64,000 nt of DNA from Pseudomonadota bacterium (GCA_039817025.1 JBCBWQ010000001.1:25422-89421), one strand, 5' to 3'; shown: positions 17,143-27,028, numbered from the stretch's first letter. The notes: generated by a model from the sequence alone, not told the origin. Translations and numbers: made by a program.

Positions 17143-17939
17143 TACGGGCCCTGGCAATTGTAGTGGCAGCCATCTGTACGACAGCAGCGCAGGCAAGCGA
17201 TTGGTCCAGCTTCTATGCGGCCCCCACGCGGGCACCGGTCGAGGCCCCGCGGTCTTCGGAACCGGTCACGGTTGCTGATCATCCCGGTTCATGCGTGCGC
17301 GCGATCCTGGCCGCGCAAGAACGTTATGGTATCCCAAATAACATACTGCTGGCCATTGGCCTGCAGGAGGCCGGGACACGGCGGGATGGTATCTTGACGG
17401 TTTGGCCATGGGCGGCCAACGCTGAGGGCACGGGACGGCTTTTGGATAGCCGGTCCCAGGCAATGTCGTGGGTCCGGGCACAAATGGGCAATGGTGTGCG
17501 GTCCATCGATGTGGGCTGCATGCAAATCAATTTGCGTTGGCACCCCGATGCATTTGCCTCGCTGGAAGATGGGTTCGATCCAGACCGGAACGCCGACTAT
17601 GCTGCCCGGTTTCTCAAGGACCTTTACCATCAGACCGGCAGTTGGACGCTCGCCGCCGGATCGTATCACTCGTTCACGCCGGCAAAGCGCGACAGATACC
17701 TGACCTCGTTGCGCGGCAAAGTGCACTTGGCCAACCAAGAGATTGCCGCACTGCGCCAGCTTGCCGGGCGTATGCCCGCCAGTGTCGATGAACGCGATGT
17801 CGTTGTGGCCCGATCCTCAACGCCCAGCGGTGCTATCTGGTCGTCGTCGCTCAGCGGTGCTGCAGAGGCGCAAGCTGGCGGCCTGTTCGGAACCGGTGCG
17901 GTACGCCCTTTGATGCAAGCCACGCAGCCCGCCCGATGA
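17139..17939 (+). CDS. Secreted lytic transglycosylase (SLT domain), flagellar SltF-like by context
   Basis: The TTG start overlaps the fliQ stop. It has a signal peptide and the SLT core LLAIGLQEAG...WPWAANAEG...DVGCMQINLRWH. Confidence 0.8.
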   Translation: MIRALAIVVAAICTTAAQASDWSSFYAAPTRAPVEAPRSSEPVTVADHPGSCVRAILAAQERYGIPNNILLAIGLQEAGTRRDGILTVWPWAANAEGTGRLLDSRSQAMSWVRAQMGNGVRSIDVGCMQINLRWHPDAFASLEDGFDPDRNADYAARFLKDLYHQTGSWTLAAGSYHSFTPAKRDRYLTSLRGKVHLANQEIAALRQLAGRMPASVDERDVVVARSSTPSGAIWSSSLSGAAEAQAGGLFGTGAVRPLMQATQPAR

Positions 17940-20038
17940 GGAATGTGAAGATGAGCAATCAGTGGCAGCCAAACGCGCTGTTTTCGCGCTTTGGGAAGGC
18001 GAACGGAGATATCGGCTTTGCCGCCGCGGTCACGCTGATCCTTGCCGTTCTTTTTGTTCCACTTCCGCCGATCGTCCTGGATCTTGGCCTGGCCATTTCA
18101 TTGTCGGTGTCGGCGCTGATCCTGATGGTCGCGCTTTGGATCCCGCGCCCCTTGGAGTTCAACAGTTTTCCAACGCTGCTTCTGGTTGTCACGATGCTGC
18201 GGCTGTCGCTCAACGTCGCTTCGACGCGTCTAATCCTGTCCGAAGGTCACACTGGTCCGGGTGCTGCGGGTGGCGTGATCGAAGGTTTTTCGCGGTTCAT
18301 TGTGTCGGGCAACTTCATCATCGGCGTCGTGATTTTCGCAATCCTTGTCGTCATTAACTTCATCGTGATTTCAAAGGGTTCAACCCGGATCGCCGAAGTA
18401 TCGGCGCGCTTTTCGCTTGATGCGATGCCCGGCAAACAAATGGCGATCGATGCCGATCTTGGGGCCGGGCTGATCGATGAGGCCGAGGCGCGCGAACGCC
18501 GCAAGACTCTGGAAGACGAAAGCAGTTTCTTTGGCGCAATGGACGGTGCGTCCAAGTTTGTCCGTGGCGACGCGGTTGCTGGGATCATCATCACGCTGAT
18601 CAACATTATCGGCGGCATCCTGATCGGCGTTCTGCAGTATAATCTGGCAATCGGCGAGGCGGTGAATGCCTACACCGTTCTGACAATCGGCGACGGGCTG
18701 GTGACACAGATCCCTGCGCTGATCGTGTCGCTGGCTGCTGGTATCATCGTTACCAAGGGCGGGACAGAAGGCGCCGCCAACGAGGCCGTGTTGGGCCAGC
18801 TCAGCAACTACCCCAAGGCACTTTACATGGCGGGCGTCCTGCTTTTCGGGATTGGCTTGTTGCCCGGTTTCCCCTTGGGCATCTTCACGTTTCTGGCTCT
18901 TCTGCTTGCAGGTCTCGGCTATATCACGCAGACCACCGTTGTCGCCAACGCCGGCGCTGAAGCGGAAACCCCGGCGAGCGAGGAAGACGCGGCCGATGCC
19001 GAGGGGCGCAATGTCGAGGAAGCCCTGCGGCTGGATGAGATCCGGCTTGAGGTTGGCTCGGCCCTGGTGCCGCTGATCCGCCAGGCGGGCGCGGCGATGC
19101 CCGGCAAGATCAAGAGCTTGCGCACGCTCTTTGCGCGCGATTTCGGGTTTGTGTTGCCCTCGGTCCGGATCAAGGACGAACCGATGCTGGGGCCGAACGA
19201 ATACGCGATCCTGATCCACGGAGTCGAAGCCGCGCGGGGGCAGATCCGGCCCACCGGCATGCTGGTTATCGCGCCGCCCGATGTACCGATCAAGGTGTCG
19301 GGCGAAAAGACGAAAGACCCGACCTTTGGTCTCGATGCGCTCTGGATCGATCGCAGCGAGGCAAGTGCAGCCGAGGAAGAGGGGCTGACTGTGGTTGACC
19401 CCGAAAGCGTAATCACCACGCATCTGACCGAGGTGATCAAAGAGCATATGGCCGACCTGCTGACGTTCGGCGCCACGCAAAGCCTGATCGAGTCGCTGGA
19501 TCGGGAATACCAGAAGCTGGTTGCAGACATCCCCGGCACAACGCCGATGATCCTGGTGCAGCAGGTGTTGCAACAACTCCTGCGCGAACGCGTGTCGATC
19601 CGGAACCTTACCATGATCGTCGAGGCCATCGCCGAGGCCACCCGCAAGAAGAGTGATCTGGTGCATGTTACCAATCATGTGCGCGAACGCCTGTCGAACC
19701 AGATCTGTCGGTCGCTGGCTGACGACCAGGGCTTCGTGTCGGTCATCGCGTTGAATGCCGAGTGGGAAAAGGAACTGGCCAGCGCGATCGGCCCCAACGG
19801 GGACGAAACGAATATCGATATGTCCCCCAGCCGGATGCAAGAGTTCGTGTTGCAGGCCCGCAAACAGATTCAGGAGTTTGCGCAAAAGGACGAATGGCCC
19901 GCGATCATGGTCAGCCCCAATGCGCGCAGTTTTGTCCGGTCGCTTTTGGAACGCGTCAGCCCGATGACGCAGGTGATTTCCCACAATGAAATCCACCGTA
20001 AGGCCGCGCTGAAAACCGTTGGTCGTATCGGGGCCTAG
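17936..20038 (+). CDS. flhA: Flagellar export apparatus protein FlhA
   Basis: 700 aa with an N-terminal polytopic region, GDGLVTQIPALIVS, and a large cytoplasmic C-domain. An alternative start lies at 17951. Confidence 0.96.
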   Translation: MRNVKMSNQWQPNALFSRFGKANGDIGFAAAVTLILAVLFVPLPPIVLDLGLAISLSVSALILMVALWIPRPLEFNSFPTLLLVVTMLRLSLNVASTRLILSEGHTGPGAAGGVIEGFSRFIVSGNFIIGVVIFAILVVINFIVISKGSTRIAEVSARFSLDAMPGKQMAIDADLGAGLIDEAEARERRKTLEDESSFFGAMDGASKFVRGDAVAGIIITLINIIGGILIGVLQYNLAIGEAVNAYTVLTIGDGLVTQIPALIVSLAAGIIVTKGGTEGAANEAVLGQLSNYPKALYMAGVLLFGIGLLPGFPLGIFTFLALLLAGLGYITQTTVVANAGAEAETPASEEDAADAEGRNVEEALRLDEIRLEVGSALVPLIRQAGAAMPGKIKSLRTLFARDFGFVLPSVRIKDEPMLGPNEYAILIHGVEAARGQIRPTGMLVIAPPDVPIKVSGEKTKDPTFGLDALWIDRSEASAAEEEGLTVVDPESVITTHLTEVIKEHMADLLTFGATQSLIESLDREYQKLVADIPGTTPMILVQQVLQQLLRERVSIRNLTMIVEAIAEATRKKSDLVHVTNHVRERLSNQICRSLADDQGFVSVIALNAEWEKELASAIGPNGDETNIDMSPSRMQEFVLQARKQIQEFAQKDEWPAIMVSPNARSFVRSLLERVSPMTQVISHNEIHRKAALKTVGRIGA

Positions 20039-20039
20039 C

Positions 20040-20795
20040 ATGGACCTACAGCAATTCCTTGAAACCCAACTGTTTGCAATGATACTTGTCTTCGCTCGCA
20101 TCGGGTCGGCGCTGCTGTTCATGCCAGGGTTTGGCGAACAGACGGTTCCCGTGCGGTACAGATTGGCGTTGGCGCTTGCGCTGTCGGCCGGGCTGATGCC
20201 GGCAACGCCTGTGTCCGCTGTGACCGCGGGCGTGACCAGCCTGCCGATCATGATGCTGATCACTGAGATCACAATCGGGCTGTGGATCGGGCTGACCGCC
20301 AGGATCCTGCTATCGGCGCTTCAATTCGCCGGTTTCCAGATCGGATTGGTGGCGGGTTTGTCGAACGCCTTCGCGCCGTCGCAAGGATCGTTCGAAGGAT
20401 CGACCATGATCGCAAGTGGGATGCTGATTGCAGGGATCGCGCTGATCTTTGCAACCGATTTGCATCACTTGATCATTGCCGCGCTTATCATGACCTACGA
20501 TATTTTTCCGGTGGGGCAGGTGCCCCTGGGGGATCTGGCCGAACAGGTCGTGATGGCCGCATCGAAGAGCTTCTACATTGGCGTTGCGATCACCGCGCCG
20601 TTCTATGTGATGGGTCTGATCCTGAACCTTGGCCTTGGTCTTGCCAATCGGATGATGCCGACCTTGCCGGTTTTCTTTGTGGCAGTGCCGGTCTTTCTGT
20701 TCTGCGGATTTCTCGTCCTGGCGATCAGCGCGGCCCCCGCGCTGTCAGGATTCCTTCAGGCCTTCGCCCAATGGCTAAGCACCTTGACGTTCTGA
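20040..20795 (+). CDS. fliR: Flagellar export gate protein FliR
   Basis: MDLQQFLETQLFAMILVFARIGSALLFMPGFGE, polytopic. The ATG lies 1 nt after the flhA stop. Confidence 0.92.
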   Translation: MDLQQFLETQLFAMILVFARIGSALLFMPGFGEQTVPVRYRLALALALSAGLMPATPVSAVTAGVTSLPIMMLITEITIGLWIGLTARILLSALQFAGFQIGLVAGLSNAFAPSQGSFEGSTMIASGMLIAGIALIFATDLHHLIIAALIMTYDIFPVGQVPLGDLAEQVVMAASKSFYIGVAITAPFYVMGLILNLGLGLANRMMPTLPVFFVAVPVFLFCGFLVLAISAAPALSGFLQAFAQWLSTLTF

Positions 20796-20804
20796 GGGGG
20801 CGAA

Positions 20805-21929
20805 GTGTCAAACCAGGAAGATCGCAGCTCCAAGTCAGAAGAGCCGACAGACAAGAAGCTGCAGGACGCGCGGAAGAAAGGTGACGTCCCGTCCTCGCGC
20901 GAACCGTCGAATCTCATGGGTGTTTTGTCGTTGTGCCTGATCACGGTTTTCCTGGCGCCGACGGTGTTCACCTCGCTTGCCGAAGTGCTGAGCGGCCCGA
21001 TAAACGCAGCCTCCTCGCTCGAGGTGGGCGCAGGGCGCACCGGGATGCGCGATCTGGGTCTCGTCATGAACGGTCTGGTGGCCTCCACGGCCAAAGTGCT
21101 GATGCCGATCGCGGTGCTCATGGTGATGGCGGCGCTGTTTGGCGTGCTCGTCCAGGGCGAGACCGTCGTTTCGGTGGAGCGGATCAAACCTAAAGCCTCA
21201 AAGCTGTCTTTGATTGAAGGGTTCAAGCGCCTCTTTTCAGCCGATGCCATGGTGGAGTTCGTCAAGAATCTCGTGAAGGTCGCCATTATCGTGGGATTTA
21301 CCTTTTGGTTCGGGCGCGACGCGATCGTGAACATCTGGAAGTCATCAGACTTCGTGCCGGAATCCTTCATGGCATACGGGCGCCAGGCTGCCATCTATGT
21401 GCTGGTCGCTACAACCGCGTTGCTTGCGTTTACGGCGACGGCGGATGTCATCTGGAAGCGGTCGCAATGGTTGAAGAAACAACGCATGAGCGTGCGCGAA
21501 GTGCGTGATGAGTTCAAAGACAGCGAAGGCGATCCGATTATCAAGGCCAAGCGCGCGAGCATCCAGCGCCAGCGGGCACGGCAGCGTCTGACCACTGCCG
21601 TACCCACAGCTTCGGTCGTTGTGACGAACCCAACGCATTACGCGGTGGCCTTGCGCTATGAAATGGGGCGTGATGCGGGGCCGGTCTGTGTGGCCAAGGG
21701 CGCCGACAACATCGCTGCACAAATCCGGAGACTTGCGCGTGAGGCGGAAATCCCGATAGTGGAAAACCGCGCGTTGGCCCGGACCTTGCACGCCAAGGTT
21801 GAAGTCGATGAAATGGTGCCCGTGGAGCATTGGCGCGCGGTTGCCGAAATCATCAGCTACGTGATCGGGCTCAAGCGCGATCTGAACATCCTCCCACCCG
21901 CCGGGGCGCGGCTGCGGGTTGAGGACTGA
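20805..21929 (+). CDS. flhB: Flagellar export switch protein FlhB
   Basis: SEEPTDKKLQDARKKGDVPSSRE N-terminus, ...VVVTNPTHYAVAL (NPTH autocleavage motif), GTG start. Confidence 0.95.
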   Translation: MSNQEDRSSKSEEPTDKKLQDARKKGDVPSSREPSNLMGVLSLCLITVFLAPTVFTSLAEVLSGPINAASSLEVGAGRTGMRDLGLVMNGLVASTAKVLMPIAVLMVMAALFGVLVQGETVVSVERIKPKASKLSLIEGFKRLFSADAMVEFVKNLVKVAIIVGFTFWFGRDAIVNIWKSSDFVPESFMAYGRQAAIYVLVATTALLAFTATADVIWKRSQWLKKQRMSVREVRDEFKDSEGDPIIKAKRASIQRQRARQRLTTAVPTASVVVTNPTHYAVALRYEMGRDAGPVCVAKGADNIAAQIRRLAREAEIPIVENRALARTLHAKVEVDEMVPVEHWRAVAEIISYVIGLKRDLNILPPAGARLRVED

Positions 21930-21996
21930 GCGACCCGGATGAGGCGTGAACCCAGCCGGTCGGGCCGCTCTTAACTCTTTCGGATGCAATGAAAAT

Positions 21997-22026
21997 GCCG
22001 GGCCAGAAGAACTAGCCTGGCCCGGC
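21997..22026. terminator. GC-rich hairpin between convergent flhB and motE (candidate bidirectional terminator)
   Basis: GCCGGGCCAG (21997-22006), a 10-nt loop, then CTGGCCCGGC (22017-22026): a perfect 10-bp stem. There is no clear T-tract. Confidence 0.5.
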
Positions 22027-22085
22027 GCCTTGGTCGCTGCGAGGACGTGTTGGCAGCGGCCCTGTGTGGGTCCACTGCCGGGGGG

Positions 22086-22721
22086 CTATTGCAAGCGTAG
22101 CCCTGTAAAGTCCTGATCCCCCGGGAGTTTTGAGCGTTCCACAAGGATCTTCGAGATGGCCCGGGCGCGCGCCGTGTCGATACCGGCCAGGATCGGGGCT
22201 GCGTCGCGTTCGGGCATCGAGCCGAGGACCAGCACCGAGATTTCGATATCCATCTCGTTGATGATTTCTGCGGCGTCCTTGGGCTTCATGTTGCGGTACA
22301 GGTTCACAAGACGATCCAAGTCGGCGCTTTGCTGTTCCTCTACCTTGGCCAGAAGCGCCTCAAGCGCGGTCTTGAGATCGCGCAGCTGTTGCGCGTCCGC
22401 GGCCAGCTTTTCCTGTCCAATTTGCAGGCGTGCCTCTTGTTGGAGAAGCGCGTCGGACTGTTGGACCAACAGTTCTCGTTCGCGCTTAATCTCGGCGAAC
22501 ACCGCTTCCGGCGCTTCGCATACCTGCGGCGCGGTCTCAGCCATGGGCTCAGCCGGTTCTTCGCTTGCAGCTGCGGATGCGGGGCTAATAACGCTCAGGG
22601 CGCTGGCCATAGTGGCATGCTGATCGGGGCCGGGGATTGAGACGCCCAGCTGTCCTATTTTGCCCGCAGCAGCGACTGCCAATGCGCCGAGAACCACGTG
22701 GGAGACACGAAGCCGTTTCAC
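22086..22721 (-). CDS. motE: MotE-family flagellar protein (coiled coil plus MgtE-N-like repeat)
   Basis: Signal/anchor N-terminus, a long coiled coil, and ...LYRNMKPKDAAEIINEMDIEISVLVLGSMPERDAAPILAGIDTARARAI. Confidence 0.65.
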   Translation of the reverse strand: MKRLRVSHVVLGALAVAAAGKIGQLGVSIPGPDQHATMASALSVISPASAAASEEPAEPMAETAPQVCEAPEAVFAEIKRERELLVQQSDALLQQEARLQIGQEKLAADAQQLRDLKTALEALLAKVEEQQSADLDRLVNLYRNMKPKDAAEIINEMDIEISVLVLGSMPERDAAPILAGIDTARARAISKILVERSKLPGDQDFTGLRLQ

Positions 22722-23071
22722 GCCCGACCCTCGCGCGCATTGTCAAAGAAGCTTTGAATCAATTCCGCCTTTGCGGGAACGCGCATCATACCGCTTGTGC
22801 GGGGTTTGCTCGTAGGCACAGCGGCCCGTTGCGTGCGCACGATACGCTCTTTGACGGGGGCATCGGTGCCGGTCTTCAGATTGGCCGCCGCCGCCCGCAG
22901 TTTTTCGACCGACCCTTCGCCACGATCTACTGCGCGCGAGAACTCATCGATCACGGGTGCCAGTTCGCTCAACGTCTCTTTGAGTGTGCGCAACCGCCGT
23001 TCGACGATGAACGCGTAAGAGATCGTTGCAACGAGAAGGCCAAGAATGATTGCATCAATTAAGAATGTCAT
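22718..23071 (-). CDS. Small membrane-anchored protein of unknown function in the fliL-fliM operon
   Basis: MTFLIDAIILGLLVATISYAFIV is a TM helix, followed by a coiled segment. The start at 23071 lies 7 nt after the fliM stop, and the stop overlaps the motE start. Confidence 0.55.
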   Translation of the reverse strand: MTFLIDAIILGLLVATISYAFIVERRLRTLKETLSELAPVIDEFSRAVDRGEGSVEKLRAAAANLKTGTDAPVKERIVRTQRAAVPTSKPRTSGMMRVPAKAELIQSFFDNAREGRA

Positions 23072-23078
23072 TGTCGTC

Positions 23079-23987
23079 CTACCTTTCCATATCCACATCT
23101 GTCGTCAGCCGCAGAGCTATCGCGCCCGTGTCGCGATGCCCTGCCACGGCGCGAAACGCCGTCCTGTCTTCACAAAACACGGTCAGCTCGCGCGAGGTGT
23201 CGATGCCAACCGCGATGGTTTTGCCTGGCTGCCAGCTCATCGCTTCAGCCAGGGTGATCTGGGCTTCCGCTAAGACAGCAGTCAGCGTGACATCGGCCTT
23301 GCGCAGCAGGTGCGACAGCTCGGTGCGCCATTCGTTTTCTTGGTCACCGTCCGGTTCTGGCACCACAGCGATGAGGTCGCGATCTTCGGCCAGATTGTCC
23401 TCTGGCAGCACGAGCGTCAACGCGCCCGCACATCGCAAGAGCGTCATGTTCGCCTTGAGGGTAAAGCACCGCTCTGCGGTCGCCCACCGCGGGAGGTCTT
23501 CGCCAACCTCCTCGATCTTGACATTGCGCACTGAAATCGGGCGAATGGCGGCGAGGTGGCTGGTCAGGCTATTCAGGATGCTGTGCGCAATTTGGCGTAT
23601 GAGGCGGGTCTCCAACCGCGACAACTGCCGGTCGTCGTTTTCATCTGGTCCCGCCTGCTGCCCGAGCAAAGCGTTGAGCATGGTCAGTATCAGCCGACGG
23701 TCGAATCCTATGCTGATCTCACCGGGCCACGGTGGCAGCTCGGCAGTTAGGCGCATGGTTGTGTCACCACACGCGGCGTGTATTTCCGCGCCTGGCCGGT
23801 AGTCAAACCCATCGAGTTCGGATGTGACCTCGGCGCGCAGGTATTTGGACAGGACCTCGCCCAGTTCTGACGCGAAATCGCTCCCCAGGAGTTCCAGATA
23901 GGACAGGCGTGCAGGCCCACCGCCTGAGGCGCTGATGATCAGGTCTTCGACAGTGGCAGAGGTGGTATCGGTTTGGACGTCTGTCAT
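23079..23987 (-). CDS. fliM: Flagellar motor switch protein FliM
   Basis: A middle domain, ...LNALLGQQAG...RQLSRLETRLIRQI..., and a C-terminal SpoA-like domain ...VTLTAVLAEAQITLAEAMSWQPGKTIAV. Confidence 0.85.
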   Translation of the reverse strand: MTDVQTDTTSATVEDLIISASGGGPARLSYLELLGSDFASELGEVLSKYLRAEVTSELDGFDYRPGAEIHAACGDTTMRLTAELPPWPGEISIGFDRRLILTMLNALLGQQAGPDENDDRQLSRLETRLIRQIAHSILNSLTSHLAAIRPISVRNVKIEEVGEDLPRWATAERCFTLKANMTLLRCAGALTLVLPEDNLAEDRDLIAVVPEPDGDQENEWRTELSHLLRKADVTLTAVLAEAQITLAEAMSWQPGKTIAVGIDTSRELTVFCEDRTAFRAVAGHRDTGAIALRLTTDVDMER

Positions 23988-24562
23988 TGAATAACCAGGT
24001 CCGCGATAAGGAGGTCTTTCGCGGCCTCGCTTTCCGACAAAAGTCGGACGCGGTGCAGCAGTTCGGATTTGAGAAACGCCAGCCCGGCGGATCCATTCAG
24101 ATCGCGCTCCGTTACCTGGCGTAGGAATTCCACAAAGGAGTCACGGATGTAGATCTGGCGCTCTTCAATACGCTCGGCGCCCTCGGCGGTCGGGTCATAG
24201 ACAAGCGCGATATTGAGTTTCAGAAAGCGTGAAGAGGCCTGCCCGTTGATGGTGATCGACGAGATGTTGACGATGATTTCCTTGAACGGCGCCACTGCAT
24301 ATTTCTCTTTGATGGCTGCTGCTTCGCCGTCACCCATTGCGTTTTCTTCCGCATGTTCGCTTTCAGCTTCGCCAGGCTTTTCGGCCATGTCTTCGTCGGG
24401 GCCCGCGCCAAGCATGAAATAGCCACCAACCCCGATCGCAGCGACCGCGATCACGGCGCCAGCGACATGAACAAACTTGCGACGCGGCTTTCTTGCCGGT
24501 GCATCATCCTCACCCGTCTTTGCGTCGTCCGTATCCTGATCTTTGGGTGGCGTTTTGGCCAT
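23984..24562 (-). CDS. fliL: Flagellar basal body-associated protein FliL
   Basis: Basic N-terminus, a single TM helix, and ...FKEIIVNISS...RFLKLNIALVYD...IRDSFVEFL. Confidence 0.88.
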   Translation of the reverse strand: MAKTPPKDQDTDDAKTGEDDAPARKPRRKFVHVAGAVIAVAAIGVGGYFMLGAGPDEDMAEKPGEAESEHAEENAMGDGEAAAIKEKYAVAPFKEIIVNISSITINGQASSRFLKLNIALVYDPTAEGAERIEERQIYIRDSFVEFLRQVTERDLNGSAGLAFLKSELLHRVRLLSESEAAKDLLIADLVIQ

Positions 24563-24609
24563 GAAAGATCTCCTTCCTCGCCCTCTATCACCTATAACAA
24601 GGATAAAAT

Positions 24610-24680
24610 CAAGAATTAAATTGAATTTGTTCTTGCATACGATGATTTAACAAAATATAAAATCGCTAACGCAAGATTAA
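24610..24680. repeat. fliL/fliF divergent spacer: CAAGAATTAA (24610-24619), TTAA-N7-TAAA (24647-24661), CAAGATTAA (24672-24680)
   Basis: Read directly. The minus-strand reading of 24667-24680 is TTAATCTTGCGTTA, identical to 44887-44900. Confidence 0.6.
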
Positions 24681-24683
24681 GAG

Positions 24684-26363
24684 GTGGATGTGAGCAGCAT
24701 CGTTGAAAACATGAAGGCCCTGGGTGGGGTGAAGCTTTCCATTCTGGCGCTGACCTTTGCGGGCACCCTGGGTGCTGTTCTTTTTGGGCTGGGGGCCGTC
24801 ATGGCACCGACCTATGCCGCGCTTTACAGTGAACTGACGCCCGCCAGCGCCAGCCGCATCGTCACCTCTTTGGAGCAGGCCGGCTTCCGCGTGCGGGTGT
24901 CCCCCGACGGATCGCTGGTCAGCGTCCCGCAGGAAGACATTCCGCGTGCGCGCATGGTCCTGGCCGATTCAGGGTTGCCCACAGACGGCATGCCGGGGTG
25001 GGAGCTGTTTGATGGCGCAAGCGGTATGGGCATGAACACCTTTCTGCAGAAGGTCACGCGCCTGCGCGCGCTTGAAGGCGAACTCGCGCGGTCTATCCAG
25101 ACGATAAACGGAATTGATGCTGCGCGTGTGCACCTCGTGCTGCCCGAGCGCGAGGCGTTTGCGCGCCATCGCCCGGAACCTTCTGCGTCCGTGATCATCT
25201 CTGCCGCGCGTGGCAATGCCATCGGTCGGCGCCAGGGCGCGGCGATCCGTGCGCTCGTCGCCTCGGCCGTGCCGGATCTGGCCCCGCAACGCGTGACGGT
25301 GTTGTCGTCAAGCGGTGAGACAATCCTTGGTGAGGACACAGCCGGGGCAGGGGATGCCACTTTGCATTCCCGCCAGTCCGAAATCGAGGATCGGATCTCT
25401 CGCAAGATCACCGATATTCTGAATGCCCGCGTGGGCGTCGGAAATGCACGGGTCGAAGTGAATGTCGATCTCAGTACAGTGCGCCAGGTCACCCGGTCCG
25501 AGCGGTTTGATCCCGAAGGTCAGGTCGTTCGCTCAACTGAGACGCGTGAGCAAACCTCGCGCGATCAGCAGCCGGGCGGCCCCGAGGTGGGCACCGCTGG
25601 AAATTTGCCACCATTCAATGCAGACGGTGTCGCCGGTGGCGGCGCCGTCGCTGAGTCCCAAGTCACGGGCGAGACGATCAACTATGAAATCGCCAGCACA
25701 CTGACCGAAACGGTGGCTGAACCGGGCGCGATCCAGCGGATCTCGGTCGCGGCGCTGGTGGATGGTGTCTATGAGATCGGCGACGACGAGACCGCGACCT
25801 ACTCCGAGCGCGAGGAGGCGGAGCTTGAACGTCTGGCCCAGCTGATCCGCGCTGCCATCGGCTTTGATGCCAGCCGCGGTGACATGGTGTCGGTCGACAG
25901 CTTACAATTCGTAAACATCTCGCACGAGATCGAGGGGCCTGTGGGCGGGTCGCTCGGGCAGATGGTGCAAGCCTACCTCCCTTCGGTCCTGCGCGGTGTG
26001 TTCGCCTTGGTGCTTGTGGTTGCTGTCCTTGCCTTCGGCGTGCGCCCGGTGGTGCGGATGCTTCTGGAAGCTCCGCAGGCGAACGCTCAGATTAGCGCGG
26101 AAGGTACAGATGCCGTAGCGATCGCCGATGGCGGGGCGCAGGTGCAGCAACTGCCCCAGGGCGGGGCCGCGGCCGGGCAGTCCGGCATGGTCCTTGGACC
26201 TGGCGGGATGGCCGACCAAGACACGGTTCAGGTCGCAGCGATCCAGGGCGGCGTGTCGCGTCAAGCGATTGAAGGCGTGGGCGGTCTTGTTTCCGAACGG
26301 CCCGAGCTTGCAACGCAAGCTGTCCAAAGCTGGCTGAACAAGCCCGCAGCGAGGCACGCGTGA
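24684..26363 (+). CDS. fliF: Flagellar M-ring protein FliF
   Basis: 559 aa with a GTG start; ...LYSELTPASASRIVTSLEQAGF...ARVHLVLPERE... and a C-terminal TM helix. Confidence 0.94.
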   Translation: MDVSSIVENMKALGGVKLSILALTFAGTLGAVLFGLGAVMAPTYAALYSELTPASASRIVTSLEQAGFRVRVSPDGSLVSVPQEDIPRARMVLADSGLPTDGMPGWELFDGASGMGMNTFLQKVTRLRALEGELARSIQTINGIDAARVHLVLPEREAFARHRPEPSASVIISAARGNAIGRRQGAAIRALVASAVPDLAPQRVTVLSSSGETILGEDTAGAGDATLHSRQSEIEDRISRKITDILNARVGVGNARVEVNVDLSTVRQVTRSERFDPEGQVVRSTETREQTSRDQQPGGPEVGTAGNLPPFNADGVAGGGAVAESQVTGETINYEIASTLTETVAEPGAIQRISVAALVDGVYEIGDDETATYSEREEAELERLAQLIRAAIGFDASRGDMVSVDSLQFVNISHEIEGPVGGSLGQMVQAYLPSVLRGVFALVLVVAVLAFGVRPVVRMLLEAPQANAQISAEGTDAVAIADGGAQVQQLPQGGAAAGQSGMVLGPGGMADQDTVQVAAIQGGVSRQAIEGVGGLVSERPELATQAVQSWLNKPAARHA

Positions 26364-27028
26364 TGACCGGGATCTTTGAAAGAAACTTTGACCAAGAGCT
26401 GATGCAGGGCGCCCCGTTGGCTGCTGCATCGCTCGCGGCGGACAGCCTTGCGCTCGAGAAGATGAAAAAGCATCTGCAAGACGAGGCCTATACCAACGGC
26501 TTCCGCGCAGGTGAGGCTGAGGCGCGCCAAGAGGCCGAGGCCAACCTGTCCAACCGTCAGCAGGCCGCCCTCGAAACACTCGTCAACTCCCTCGCGGAAC
26601 TGCGCGATGAGACGGATGCCCATCGCCAAGCCGTCGAGCATCAGCTGCTCGAGTTCGCGCTGAACACCTGCGAGCTGGTTTTGCCCGAAGTCCTGAGCGC
26701 CACGTCGAAACAGCGCGTGGTTGACCAGATCAAGCGCTGCATCACGCTTGCGGGGGGTGTGTCCACCCTGACCGTCACCGTGTCCGAAACCGTCATGAGC
26801 GACCATGGTGCTGAGCTGGCGAATTTGGGCGGGTCAGGCGAGGGGACACGCATCACCGTTCAGGCGGACCCGTCGATGGAGGACGGCGATGCCCGCGTTG
26901 CCTGGCAACACGGATCAATGACCTACAGCCTGCCGCGGATTACCCAAAGCATTCTGGGCGCCGTGCGCCAGGCGCTTGCCGAAGCCCAACCTGAGACAAC
27001 ACAAGACAGGAACGTCACCCATGACTGA
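26360..27028 (+). CDS. fliH: Flagellar assembly protein FliH
   Basis: Position between fliF and fliN, a charged coiled N-half (EAYTNGFRAGEAEARQEAE) and a FliH/YscL-like C-half. Confidence 0.65.
   Translation: MMTGIFERNFDQELMQGAPLAAASLAADSLALEKMKKHLQDEAYTNGFRAGEAEARQEAEANLSNRQQAALETLVNSLAELRDETDAHRQAVEHQLLEFALNTCELVLPEVLSATSKQRVVDQIKRCITLAGGVSTLTVTVSETVMSDHGAELANLGGSGEGTRITVQADPSMEDGDARVAWQHGSMTYSLPRITQSILGAVRQALAEAQPETTQDRNVTHD

Noticed and set aside
18380-20272. A 630-aa ORF antisense to flhA and fliR.
   Set aside because: It lies entirely opposite two strongly supported flagellar genes. The product is Arg/Gly/Asp/His-rich with no motifs. It is a typical GC-driven open antisense frame.
20756-21989. 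ORFs of 212 aa and 214 aa antisense to flhB.
   Set aside because: Same reasoning. FlhB, with its NPTH motif, occupies the other strand, and the antisense products are low-complexity.
24824-26806. Several minus-strand ORFs of 180-225 aa opposite fliF and fliH.
   Set aside because: They are antisense to well-supported genes, with Arg/Pro/Ser-rich composition.
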